Part shown: one piece after another, positions 20,090 through 32,820 of the stretch | How the letters are laid out: the number at the start of each line of letters is the position of its first letter | How positions within the stretch are numbered: the stretch's first letter is position 1 | Assembly: GCA_000320545.1 (NCBI GenBank) | Contig: ADNK01003243.1 | Location: 1 to 64,000 of the forward strand | From: Bigelowiella natans CCMP2755 | Lineage: Eukaryota; Protista; Cercozoa | Reading direction: 5' to 3' | DNA length: 64,000 nucleotides | Translations under genes and position numbers: made by a program | The notes under the pieces: model-generated | Databases searched by the model: none | Seen by the model: only the letters and a program-made list of their open reading frames with translations | What the model was told of the DNA's origin: nothing

Positions 20090-23000
20090 CTAGCCTTGAT
20101 TTGTGGATCTATTATTCCGCTCTTTGCGCGAGTTTGTGAAATCCTTCAGCAACTCTTTAAGTTGGGTGATCTGATTAAGATATTTCCCCTTTTCAGCTTG
20201 GAATTGGCCTCTTTGTTGGATGATCTGTTCTTTTATTCTCATAATTGCTTTTTCGTATTTCTCAAAACGTTTGTCCCTCGAGTAATGCTCATTGTTACTG
20301 TCCGCCGTCGTATGAAGCAGTCGTCGCGTTCCCTTTGGAAAATCCTGCGGTTTCTGTTCCTCTTCCTGTTGCGCATTATTTTCTATTGCAGCTGTTACAA
20401 GTTTTTTCACAAGTTGCTGCTGTTCTTCGAAAAGGCGGTCAAATGTTGTCTGCAATGTTTGAATCATCGTGGACTTACTAGACAACAACTCTGGTTTCTC
20501 TAGCACCTTTAAGATATTGTTGAGTACCGCATCAGAGGAGGATGAGGAGGAAAATCCAATACCGTATGATGATGATGATTGAGTGGCATTTCTAATCAAA
20601 GCCTCCTTTACGTCTTCCTCAGCTACAGCACTAGCTCGTAAAATATCGCTTAGCTCAGATTCCGAGAAATTCATTTTGGTAGCAATGACTGACATCTCGG
20701 AGGCAAGTGAATTATTTCCGTCACCCCCATTCTCTTTCTGTTGCTGATGCCGCTGCTGTCTTTGGATTTTTTTCTTCTCTTTGACATCCTTCAAGCCCTG
20801 AGATAAGTGATCTAACAAATCGCACACTGAACGAGACATGAAGCTTAAAAGTCCCAGAATACCATCAGCTATTTCCTTTCGTAGAGAATTTGCGTGCGCC
20901 TTGTCCTTTTCTCTTAGCTTAGCTGAGGTCAAGTCTTTTTGTTTCCGAAGATCCACGCGTGCAGACAAGAGCATGCTCTCTAAGCTCTCAGCTTTACTGC
21001 GGAATTTAGCAAGATCTGCTTCCATGTCGACAAGCTTCTGCTTGGTCCGATCGTATAAGGTACGAGTGCGTTTGTTATCGTTTCTTAGCTGGGTTATCCT
21101 TAGCTCAAGTTGATAGACTTTAGTTACATCCACCTGCTTACTCTCCATTTCTTTCTCCGCTGTAGCCAGCTTATCACGTAGAGAAGCAATCGTTTGCCTT
21201 GACCTCAGCAGTCGTGCAGTTGTTGACTGAGCTTTAGCTTGTAGATTTATTCTTGCCTGGGCATTTTCTTGATCCATGTTTACTGCAGCATTCAGTCGCT
21301 GCCGAAGAGTCTGAACAAGCTTTTCACGAATAGCAAGTAACTTGTTGGCCTTTTGCAGTTTTAGCTTACACGCTTGATGTTCCCTTTCTGCGCGTGCTGC
21401 TTTGGAAGCTGTACGCTTGACTTCAAGCTTTAGGGATCGGACTGCAGATACTCTTTTAGAAATCTCATCTCTAGCTTGCCGTGCTGCTGCTTTTGAATCT
21501 TTGACCGCATTCTCCATTGCTTCCCAATCAGCCTCGTTTCTCAGTGCAGAATGTAGTTTTTCCAATTGTTTTGCATGTTTCTCTTCAAGAACCTGCATTT
21601 GTTTCGTCACTGCGCTTGCATTTTCTCTAGCTTCCTCCCAATTGGCTTTTAGTTGTGTGTTTGCTGTTGAATGTTTCTTGATTGTTTCTTCAAGTTCTTC
21701 CACTCGTCCTGCAGAAAACTTCAATTGTTTTTCCAAATCTGAAATTTTGGTTTGCAAGCTTGCATTCCTGGCCTCGAGAACGCTACTTTGCCTGTATTCT
21801 TTGGAGGAAGAGAATGCCATCTCAGTTGCATCTGCTGTCACTGCTGCGACCACAGCAGCAGCAGCAGCTGGAGAAGAATTAGCACTCCCATGCATGCTTC
21901 GATTCTTCTCGTTTTGCTCTGTAGCGATACGGAGGGCATTCTCAAGGCGTTTGTTCCTAGATTTGAGTTTCTTCATTGTTAACTTGATCGCAGCTAGCTT
22001 CCCTTGCTGTTTGGCAATCTCACTGGTCATCTGAACTAAGTTACTTGCAAGAGCTTTTCTCCTTGCAGCATAATTTTTGTCTTTTGTGCTATTATTGACA
22101 CTGTCGTTGATATTACTTGCCCCCCCCCCTGTAGCAGCTTTAGTCAGCTTGCCAGGTTTTCTTTCCACTGTCAATCCTGCTCCAAATAACAGCTCTTCGT
22201 TATTCGATAGATCCTTCAGCTTTCTTCTTAAGGTTGCGCATTCGACACTATGACGCTCACTTAGAGAATCTTGTGTGTTTTTGTAGCCTTGGAATTCATG
22301 CTTCAGTCGGTCAAAATCTTCACGAGAGTCTTTGATCTCTTTGATGTATTGTGCAGCAATGTTTTGTAGCTTTTGGTCCAGCAGTACTCTCTCCCTATTC
22401 AACACACTTCGTTCCTTCTCAAGTTGAGTTTCAAGGTCCTTATTATACTTATGCTCAAGATCCCGTGTTGCCTCCACAATTTCTTCCTTGTGTTTCATCT
22501 CAGCTCTTTCTTTTTCCCTTCTGTGGGTATCCTCTAGCACTCTGATGTTGTGGTAAATTATTAACATCAATTAATTGATGATATTCGAAGACAAACTACT
22601 AGTACTACTACAAATACTACTAATAGATCCGTGGTATTTAAAACAAGTTGCTGAGAGGTTTGTCAGTACTCGATTATACAAAATAATTTACACACCTTTT
22701 TTGTTTCTGAATTTCCTCTCTTTCTGATTTGAGAGCAAGGTCGTGACGACGTTGCATGTCAGCCATCATTTTCTCAAACATTGCTGCTTGTCTCTGGGAT
22801 TGGGCTAAAAGCGATGCCTCAGCTCTTTCAACAGTTTCAAAAGCTTCCTTCTTCACAGCAACTTGCTGCTGCTGTACATCTTTTAACTCCACGAGTTGTC
22901 TGGAAAGACGCTCATTCTCTTTGCATTCGTTTTCGAGCTTCCCCTCAACGACTGCAAGAGCTTCAGCGGCCTCTTTTCTCCTTCGCTCCAAGTCATCTTG

Positions 23001-26000
23001 TACCTTTTGTGCCGTCTTCACTTGCTCACGCAATTGAGCAATTTCAACTTTATGAGCTTCTATCTCCCTTATATGCACCTGCCTTTCATTTTTCCGTGTC
23101 TCTCTCTCAACTCCAAGCGCCCTTTCTCGGTTGGAAAGCTGGGCACGTAGGCTAGAAACCTGCGTTTCCAGTGAAGAAATTCTCCCTTCCAACTTGAAGA
23201 TTTGTGCTGTCTTGATAACACTTGATTCCCAGTGGGAGGAGCTTTGATCATCATCCACCTCACCTCCACCATCGAAAGATTTCATATTATTACTTTGACG
23301 ACGTATACTATGATGATTAGGTTCCTTGGCTGAAGATAATAATGCATCACCATTCTTTCTCTGCTGCTGGGTTTGATGAACTTCATGTGCAACTACTATT
23401 CCTGCCTTCCCCTTTTCTTCTCCACCATTTCCATCATATTCAGCAGCAATGCTGGGCTCTTCCAGAAGCTTCTTCAAGCTACTCTCGAGCGCTTTTGCAT
23501 GCAATGTCGCAACTTCTTGCTCGAGGTTGGCTATCTTGCCCTGATACCACTTATTTTTCTCTTTTTCAGCACGCAACATTGGCCCATCTTGCTGCTGTTG
23601 AGGATGAGGTCCTGCTGGTGGTTGTGGTGACTTATGAGGGCTATTCGTCCGTGCAGAGGATGGCATTTCATCAACTCTCTTGATCGCCTTAAGAGCTTCA
23701 TTAACTCCTTCAACTTTTGCCTTCCATTCGCGAATAGCTGCCTTATATCTGTTGATATCTTTAGATTGTTTATCAAGCTTCCGCTCTACAACCAGGCATT
23801 TCCGTTTCCATTCGAGTAGTTCTGCAGTCGGCTGCTGCTTTTGCTGTTTTCGCATGATGCTACTTCTACGGTTTACCGACACACCTAGCTGGTCTGTTCG
23901 ATGTTTGAGATCCTTGGTTGCGTTCAGTTGTGCTCGTAAACTAGAAACCTCCACCTTACGCTGGTCTAGCCTCTTCTTGGCGGTATCAAGTTGCATTTGA
24001 AGCGCTCGATTTTCTTCCCGATTCTTACGAAGTTGGTCCGTTAAGGAACGAATATGGGATGAGGACACCGATGATGACTTTGATGTTGTCGTTGCCATAC
24101 CCTGAGTGCTGTTTGCTTTTGATCCATTGGCAATAAGTAACATTCTCTCAATGCTCTCACCTGCTGTTGTTATTTCTTGGGAGGCCTTTTCCATCTTACT
24201 GATAAAGTTTGTGATTAGCTTTGCTGCTCTTGCAGTTGGCCCTGCTGTAGCCTTTTTGCGTTTCTTGGTGTCCATTCTGACTGAGGAGCGCAAATGAATT
24301 TTCTTCGGAGCTGTTGTTGCTGGTACATGAGGGCCTGGTGATGTAAACACGTTGGAAGATGATGCTGCAACTATCACGATTCCAATTTGTTTATTTACAT
24401 CTGCAACTACATCCCGAATCTTTAAAATCATGGAGGACGCAGAAGTGCTCATTTGTGCTTGGATATCATTATCATCATCATCATCATCGCCCCATGCTCG
24501 TTTTGGTTGTTGTATTGACAGCTTTATGTTCGCCTCTTGGGCTTCCTGAAGCTCTCTTTCAGCCTTTTCCAATTTGTGACTTAAGTCGCGAATGACTTCG
24601 TTCTGAGAGCTTGACGATGTGGATGCAGCAGAAGGTGCTAACGAGTAATCATTGTCATCATCTGCTGCTTCTTCGTTTTGGGATTCATCTTGGTTTCCGC
24701 TACTGTTGAGGTCATTCGCATTCAAGCCTCTTGTTCCTAATGGAGAAGGATGTGGAAGACGCGATGATGAAAATGACGCTGACTGGTGGTGAGAGAGCTT
24801 CTTTTTCAGCTTCTCAACTTGCAAAGCTTTCATCATAACTTGCTGTGTCAACCGAATAATCACATCTGCTAGACCCCCCCCAGTTTCATCATCACTCGTT
24901 CTCAATTTAGCGTCTACACCAACATCGTAGTCATCATAAACATCTCCAACAGTATTTTGGGAGCGAGTCGTTCCTCTCCTCGGTGTAGTTCCGCTTCTTC
25001 TTCTTCCTCCTCCTTCATTTCTTCGCTCAGTAGATGGAGGAGCCATTGGAGCTCGCTTAGGAGTCGGAAGCCCTATCATCGAAGATAATTGTGATACGCA
25101 CTTTTTCAGACTTTTCTCGCGCTTTAATAGACGTTTCATTTCCACCCTCAAGATGTTCTGTTTTTCATCTTTCTCCTGAAGTTGCTTTTTTAGTGCTACA
25201 AGCTGTCTCTCAGCAGCAGCAGCAGCAGCAGTAGCAGCATTTGAAGAAGCCGGAGGTTGCTGCGCTGTAGCTGCTGCGCGTGACTTCATGGCAATTGAAA
25301 CAGCGAGTTGTCGTCGCAAGTCTCCAATTTCAATTTCTTTTCTCACCAAATCTTGTCTGATATTCAGGGACTCGATTGCTGAGTTACTGCGATCTTTGAA
25401 TTGTTGTCTCGAGGCTGTTACTGTCGCACTCGTAGTTGTTCGTTTCCTTCGCCCTTTGCTTAGTGTTTCTACCCCTCCTCCTCCTCCTCCTCCTCCTCCT
25501 CCTTTGGTATTGCCAACGATTTTGTTTCGTCGGAGAATTCTTAACTCTTGTTCGAGTTGTGCCAGCTTGGTGCGAGCTTCTGCTTCTCCTTGGGCACAAA
25601 CCCTTGCTTTTCGAGCCGAGTCTGCTTGAGCAAGTTTTGCATTTGCAAGATGTTGTGCAAGAAGACCCGAATTCTCATTAATATTATTACTACTGGGGGG
25701 AGGCTTCATGCGAAGGCTTCTCCTGCCTTTATCTTCCAAAATCCTCAAAGTTTCTCGGTCCATATGTGCAATCACATGCTGTAGCTCATTTATTGCCTCT
25801 TGTTTCTTTTCTATTTCTTCCGTCTGGCTCCTACTACGCATTTCTGCTTTATGAAGACTTTTCGTTAGCTTGATGACTTCAGATTCCAAGCGTAGTCGAT
25901 ATGTAGCGCTGTCTGGAGAAGAATCAGCCTCGAAATCAATTTCTACATTCTCTTCTTCTTCCTCGCTACCGTTTATACCTCTTCGAGATGTTGTTGTTGC

Positions 26001-29000
26001 TGCAAAATTTTTGATACCCCGATTTTGTATGGAACCTAGCTGTTTGGCGTAGCGATGTTTCATGTCGCGCATGGCTTTCTCATGCTTGTGCTCTGTCCGT
26101 CGCACTTGCGTATTCGTGGAAGCTAGCTGTGATTGCAACCCCTTGTTTTCGGATAAAAGAGCTCGTTTATCAGCCTTAAGGGTTATAACCTCGCGTGAAG
26201 CTAGCTTCAACTCAAATTCTAATCTTTGCGCCTCTGCCTTGTACTTTTCGAGAGCTTCATCGTATTCCCTTGCATTACGTGCATTGAGGCGTTCATTCGT
26301 GAAAACGTCTGCTTTGATACGCTGCTTCGCATCAACCAATTGTTTCTCCAAATCCTTTATTCGTTTCTCAGACCTAGCCAGCAAGACAGCACGTACTTCC
26401 TCGCCCTTACGAGAAGACTCAAGCTCTTTTTGTAGTGTAGATGCTTTATCCAATAGCTCAGCTTTGACAATATTCAAAGTGGCAATCTCATCTGCAAGAT
26501 TTTTTGCAAGTGTTTTTACCGAGAAGGAAGGTTGGACACTATCTTTCGCATCGTGGGTGGAATTTTCTCCACTTCCTCCTCCTTTTTTTGTTACACCATC
26601 TTCGATAGCGTTATCACTGCGAGCAGTCAGGAGAGTCTTTTGCATTGTCTGCTCAATATATGTTTTTATGGCGGCATCGCGAGTGTTGAGCTTTTGAAGA
26701 AGCTCTGCTTCGACAATAGCTTTGCGTTTTGTCTCGTCACTCTCGTGTTCGAGTTCCATAATCCCCACCTGCCTTCGAAGCTTCTCGCATTCGCCCCTAT
26801 ATTGTTGGAGTTCTTTTTCTGCAGCAGCTGCTTCAAGCATAGCTGCCATCCGAGCTTTATCCACGTGCTCATTAGTTGTCAATAGCTCCGCTACTCGTTG
26901 CTCGCCACGACGACGCTCATGCATCAGCTGCTTCGAATAAATTTCTTTCATGTCCTCCAACAGTTGATTTGCTCTTCTACCCTCATTTCTGCACTGCCGC
27001 CATCTATCTCGCAGAACATCCATTTCTGCTTCGTCTCTGCGAATCTTTTGCTGTTGAAGCTGGCATATCCACCTTAGTCGACGAGTTCGTCTCTCACACC
27101 TTGTCACCGCTGATTCATTTCTCAATATAATTTGAGTCATTTCTTCGACTACTTCTGGAATATAAAGGAGGCAAGACATTGATTTATTTTTCATAACACT
27201 TTTTTTCTTTGAAGTAGAGGAAGACGTTGTTGATGCATGGCTTCCCCCTCCTCCTCGCCTAGTTTTTCTGAAACCCCGTTTCGCATTCTGAGCGAGAGAG
27301 GAAGAAGATGAACCTGCTGCTGCTTTTCGAGTGGCAAGAGGAGAGAGCAGTAGTGGTTCGGAAGAAACAATAGCATCTATTTTACTGTTGATGGCCTTGA
27401 GCAACTCAATTAAAGGAGGCCCTGCAACTGGACCACCGAGAGCAGAAGAAGTACCAGCACTTGCTGCAGTGGCAGGAATTGATGATGAAGGAATTTGATG
27501 ATGTGAACCATCTCCGGCGAGAAGGACAGGGGGGTAACTATGGTGATTACTTTCGAGTAGTATATTTCCACTATCAACACCACCACTGCTGCTGTCTCCA
27601 GTAGCACTATTCAGAAGTATGTTCATCCACCAGCTTGAATTGTTGGTAACCCCTTGATCATCATCAAATTTGTTCTCATCTGCTATTTCGGATAGTATCC
27701 GTAAGTGTTCTTTTCGTTCCTGTCCTAATCTTTCTAGTGCTGCATCACGCGCTTCTCGAAGCTGCTGCTTGAGATCTTCACAATCACGTCGACTATTATC
27801 AGAATCAGCTCTCAGTCTCATGATTTTCTGAGTCATCTGGAATTTGGCAGCATCCTCAGCACTGGACTTATTCCGTAGCTGTGTGATTTCTAATCGCTGT
27901 TTCTGAATCAATTTCTTATGAGCTTCACGCTCAGCCTCAAGACGTGAAACTTTTGACGCTAACGTATCCGAGTACTCCTGACTCTGAGAGACGAGATGAA
28001 GTTGGCGCTTGTAGCTTTCGTTCATGCGTTCTACTTGTTGTTCTAGTGTGCTTTCAATGGCCTTGGCAGCTGAGAGATGTGCTGCCAGGTGAATCACCTT
28101 TGTCTTCGCATTACTACTTATAGTCGTAAGTGAAGAGGAGGAAGAAGAGGATCTATTCTTCTGTTTCATTTTATCGACGTTACTACTTTTATTTTTTACA
28201 AAAGCTCTGTGATCATCATTTTCATGGGTGACACCCCTATCCTCACAGCCTGGTTCAAGTGCTTCTACTGTTTCCATTAGCACTGCAATTTGAGCTGACT
28301 TTTCTTTTACTAATGCCTGCATGCGATCTCGTTCACGTTCAAACTTAGAAGATAAACGACGCTCTGCAGTTACTTCTTCCCTAACTTGCTGAAGATTTTT
28401 TTGCAACTTGAGTGCTTCTGCTTCGTGATGCTCCCTTTGTTCTTCGAGCTGGTTCCTGATTGTGTCACACATAGATTCCGCAGAGCTAACAGCAACACGG
28501 GTTTCTTCAAGCTTCTTTGCTCCATCTGATAACTGCTGACGATACGAAAGCACCTCTTCAGTATGCTTTGTATGTAAAATAGCGGCTTCTTCTGTCGCTC
28601 GGGTAGAAGACTGCAACAATTTTGCATTTAAGCTCATACACTGTTTTTCATACTCCTTTGCTTCTGCTAGAGCTTCACGTCTCTGGAGCTTGACACGATG
28701 TAGTGCAAGGCAGAAATGATCCCGTTGCTGACTCAAAACTCTAATGAGGTCTTGCTCATTTCCTGCAGCAGCAGCAGCTTGCATCTGATGATGGACTCTA
28801 TGTAAAGCAGCGAGACTTGTGTCGACGACTGCTGCAATATCGTCACCATCACTTACTTTACTGCTATGCTTCATTTCTTCAATTAAAGCCTTTGTTCTGC
28901 CTGCGTGTTCTGCCTCACGTGCTTCCAGTAGCTCAGATAGTTTGTCGATTTCTTTTGCTTGAGTTTCGATTCTCTCCCCGAGTCTAGCAAGGGTTTCATC

Positions 29001-32000
29001 CCTTTCAAGTCCCGCAGGAGTAGAGCCAACAGTACCAAGAATGTCCCATTTCTTTGCAGAAATAGAATACTTTTGCAACTGCCTTTTCAAGCTCATAACT
29101 TGTTTCTCAGCCTCTGCTTCTCTCTCTTCCGCCCTTTTAGCATCACCTTGAAAACGCGATAATTGCAGTCTCAATTCACCTTTATCAGCTCTTTCTATCG
29201 CAAGCTGTTTGTGAAGATCTGATCTTGCGCCAAGAGCCTTGATGGTCTCTCTAAGATGCTTTATATTTTGTTCTCCTTGTTGCTTTACCCTCTCGTGCTT
29301 TCTTTCCAGCCTCTTAACCTTGTCTTTATACTCCGCAATTGCGTCGTCACAATCCGCTTGAACCTCTATCTTTTCTTCGTGTACCTTGACCAGTGACTGC
29401 CGTAGCTGAGCATTTGAAACAAGCTGTTCGTCTAAAGCACCACGAATACGTTGAATCTCATCCTCAAGGTCTCTACTACTCTTTTTCTTCATCATCATAA
29501 TTTCTGCTGCTGGTGCTGGTTCCCCATTTCCTGATTCATGTCGTCCACCACCACTACCACCTTTAGCGTTGCTGCTATTGGATGATCTTCCACGTATGGA
29601 TGCTGCTGTGGATGATGATGTAGCCAACCTTGTCATTTTCCGGAGAGTCTCTTCCAATCGCTCTATCTCTATTCGATAAACCTGGCGTTCGTCTTTTAAT
29701 CTCTGTCGTAGTGCCTTTATGGTTAAACCACGGTCGGAAATCTTCGATTCGTCAGTGAGCCATGGCTTTGATGAAGCAGAAGAACCCACATCTTCTTCCC
29801 TTCTCCCAATACCTCTACTTTTGCCTGCTCTTCTTCCATTTTGAGTATTATTATTATCCTAGTGATATGTGATCGTGATATTGTGGAATCAGTATTGTTG
29901 ATGATAATTATGGTAGTATGATAAAGGCGATGATCAAATAACACCAAAGCTGTGATCTAGAGATATATGCTATACTTGGAACAGAAAGACAGACAGATAA
30001 CCAGCAGAAAATATTGTTTTTATGAGTGACTTACCGGATGGGAGACTTCATCTTTGTTCTTATCACCGTCATCACCATTCTTTTCTTTTTCAAATTTGCC
30101 AAGAATGTCGTGGTTCTGAATCTTCTTGTTTGCAGGGGGGTGAAATTGTTTAGGATGTTCTTCTTTTTTGTTTGTTTCAAATCGTCTGTTGGAACGACTT
30201 CCTTGCTCAAAGATGTCGTGGTGAAACGATGGTTGCGGTTGCCTTTGAAGCTCCAAGTGTGCTATTCGTAGTGAAGTAGTTAACTTTGAATTTTGAACTT
30301 CGGCTACTTTAAGGCGTTCGCGAGTATGCTTAAGCTCTGCACGCAGCTCTGCCATAGGTCCCACGCGGCCGATACGCTTCGGTCTCCGAGCATGGCTTTT
30401 TCCTGCTACTTGTTCGTCATCTGGGGATAGACGCTCAGCTAAGTTCCTAAGCTCTTGACCGTGTATTTCACGTTGATCGTTCATCCTGGTTTGTAGCCGG
30501 TCAACTTTGGCCTCGAGTTCTTGTATTATCCCCTTCAATTTTTGGGATTTGCTTCCAAATTTGTCACCACTTATCACCTCATTATCATTGTCACCGTCAT
30601 CACCATTGCGTTGTTCGTCTATAGAGGAAGAAACGTGAAGCTTTTTGATTAAGGCTTCAATTTGGTCTTGCTGATCCTGCAGTTTCGCGCGAAGTTTGAC
30701 GATTTCGGAAGTCTTCAGAGTTTCTATGAGTTCTGAATTTTGCTTTTGGTAGTGTGAAGCTTGCTGTTTTACTTGGTGCAGCTCTGCATTGCTCTTTTTT
30801 AGAAGGTGAACAGTGTCTCGCAGCTTGGTTTCCAGCTCTTGCTCTCGACGATTTTTCCCATGCAAGATACTCTCAGCTTCAGTAAGTTTTTTGTGTGCAT
30901 TCTCAGACTCACGCTTGAGTCTCTGTTCCAGCTCAACTTCGCGGTCTTTCAGCGTCTGAATCTCTACATCCTTTACTTTGAGAATACTGAGCACTTTCCT
31001 GGATTTTTCTTCATTCGACCTTCTTTCATTGTAGACGGCTTCATCAGCGAGAGCGTGAGCGAGAGCTTGGATCCTTTGTTCATCCATCTCATCCATGGAT
31101 GTTCCCCGTTGTAACTCATGCAGAGTTCTGGCCCGTGATGTGGCAAGATCTGCTTCCACACGCAAATGTGCCGCTTCCTCTCGGGCTACCGCAAGCTCGG
31201 TCCTAAGCGTCTGAACTTTGTGTTTCAAATCGATGTTATGTCGATGTATTGACCTTTCTCTCGGGTTGAGGGTCTGTTTTTTACGTGGAGTTGTTGATTT
31301 GTCGCTGCTATTTTCAGACGAATCATCATAATCTTGCCAATCGTCGTCCTTTGCAGAATTGTTGTGCCGATTTTCGGCCTTCGTTTCAAGAGGGAGATAA
31401 TCTTTAAGCTCACTTTTATGTTCTTGCGAGGAAGAAGATTTGGTGTGCATCATTTCTTCAGTGGCTTTCGTTGCTGCTGGTTTTGAAGTAGCCGCAGCTT
31501 TTCTACGTTTTTGAGGTTGTTTCTTCTTCTTCAACTTCGTCGTCGCAGTAAAACAGTTGCTATTCCCTCGGTGGAGAGATCCTCCCACTGGCTGCTTTAA
31601 TGTATCTGTTTGCTCTGTTTGTAAAACGTCTTCTGCTAAATCTACTATTGCTCTGGAATGAGAAATATTGCGATCCGGATTTACCCTTAAAAATTCAATC
31701 ATGTGGATCTATTAGCCGGAGTTTTGCAACAACAGTAATACGTAATTCTCACCCCCACACGTAGAATAGACCAAAGAAGCGTTGCTCGAACAGTTGTGAC
31801 TTTATTCGAAAAACGGATTTGTGTCCCTAGAGACATATCAAGGTGAATAACATGTTGCATATTATTGAAAGCATTTGTTGTCACCTTAGAACCTCTTGGC
31901 TTTGGAGGTGGATTGTGCAGTTTCAATTGCACCTGAATCATACCAACGGACTCTCTCAGGAAATATCACCCGCACCTTCTTATCCGCATATTCACCCATA

Positions 32001-32030
32001 TACTTGCACAAGTACTCTCATTGCATAATA

Positions 32031-32091
<61 letters not shown>

Positions 32092-32094
32092 TAT

Positions 32095-32144
<50 letters not shown>

Positions 32145-32603
32145 GTATATGTGTGTGTGTGTGTGTGTGTTCGTGTACCTCAATTAAAACATTGTTTCCT
32201 GCAGCTATTTCAGTTGTTTCTGGAAATATCTGTAAAAAATAGGATAGAGGCAAAGCTTGTATCATGCCCACACATCTGATACGCAACAACATCCAATCAC
32301 ACCTTATAGTAGCTCGGATTTCCTGGAAGAATTGATATCTGTACTTTGCTGGGAAGTGGGTTGAAAATGCGTATGCATTTGCTGTAAGCCTAAGAATATG
32401 GCAAAGAGTAGCAAAGGGCCGTGTATGAACCAATTATTTTAACATTCTTGTGGTGCTGTGTGTGCTTTATTCTTTGTATTTGCATGCATGTGTAATGTTG
32501 TGATACCTACCTGGTGCAAGCGCACATTTGTGAAAATAATTTCCTCAGGATCAAGATCCAGAACATGATTATGTTTAAGCCGGGAGGCTGGTTTCTGGCT
32601 CAT
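20090..32603 (-). CDS. CNTLN: Giant coiled-coil centrosomal/basal-body protein, centlein-like, with a small Ig/ASH-like N-terminal domain (~3,900 aa)
   Basis: ORFs 30020-31702, 22674-29789 and 20090-22570 join in phase through introns 29859-30034 and 22542-22695. Small 5' exons give MSQKPASRLKHNHVLDLDPEEIIFTNVRLHQ|AYSKCIRIFNPLP... EEKSRKVLSILKVKDVEIQTLKDRE resembles centlein EAKDRKVLEILQVKDAKIQEFEQRE; KMNFSESELSDIL resembles centlein ILNISRSDLEEIL (recalled, not searched). Confidence 0.7.
32034..32170. repeat. Compound microsatellite (CA)n-(TA)n-(TG)n, representative of many intronic simple repeats ((TA)n, (CA)n, (GA)n, (CAT)n, (TAG)n, (CCT)n)
   Basis: Directly visible; similar tracts at 1764-1822, 6361-6493, 14024-14136, 14617-14677, 17641-17699, 43088-43189, 54695-54782. 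Confidence 0.95.
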
Positions 32604-32820
32604 AATACTTGAATCTACTCGAATGTCGCACCGCCCTCCCCTCCTTGTACAACCATGGACTCACGTTGTTAAATTTGCGGGAAGCACTATGGTGAGCATG
32701 GCAACAACCAACACAACATACGTCCAGACCGCCGAAAAATTATTTTCTACTATTTTCTGCATTCATTTTTTGGAAACGACTTCAAAAAGTTTTAGTTTTT
32801 ATAGATCTAGATCTAATGAG

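Noticed and set aside
22674-29789. The 2,371-aa ORF as a standalone gene
   Set aside because: Starts at GTG and joins the neighbouring ORFs in phase through GT-AG introns.
20081-31114. Plus-strand ORFs over the coiled-coil gene
   Set aside because: Antisense shadows of long coding exons.
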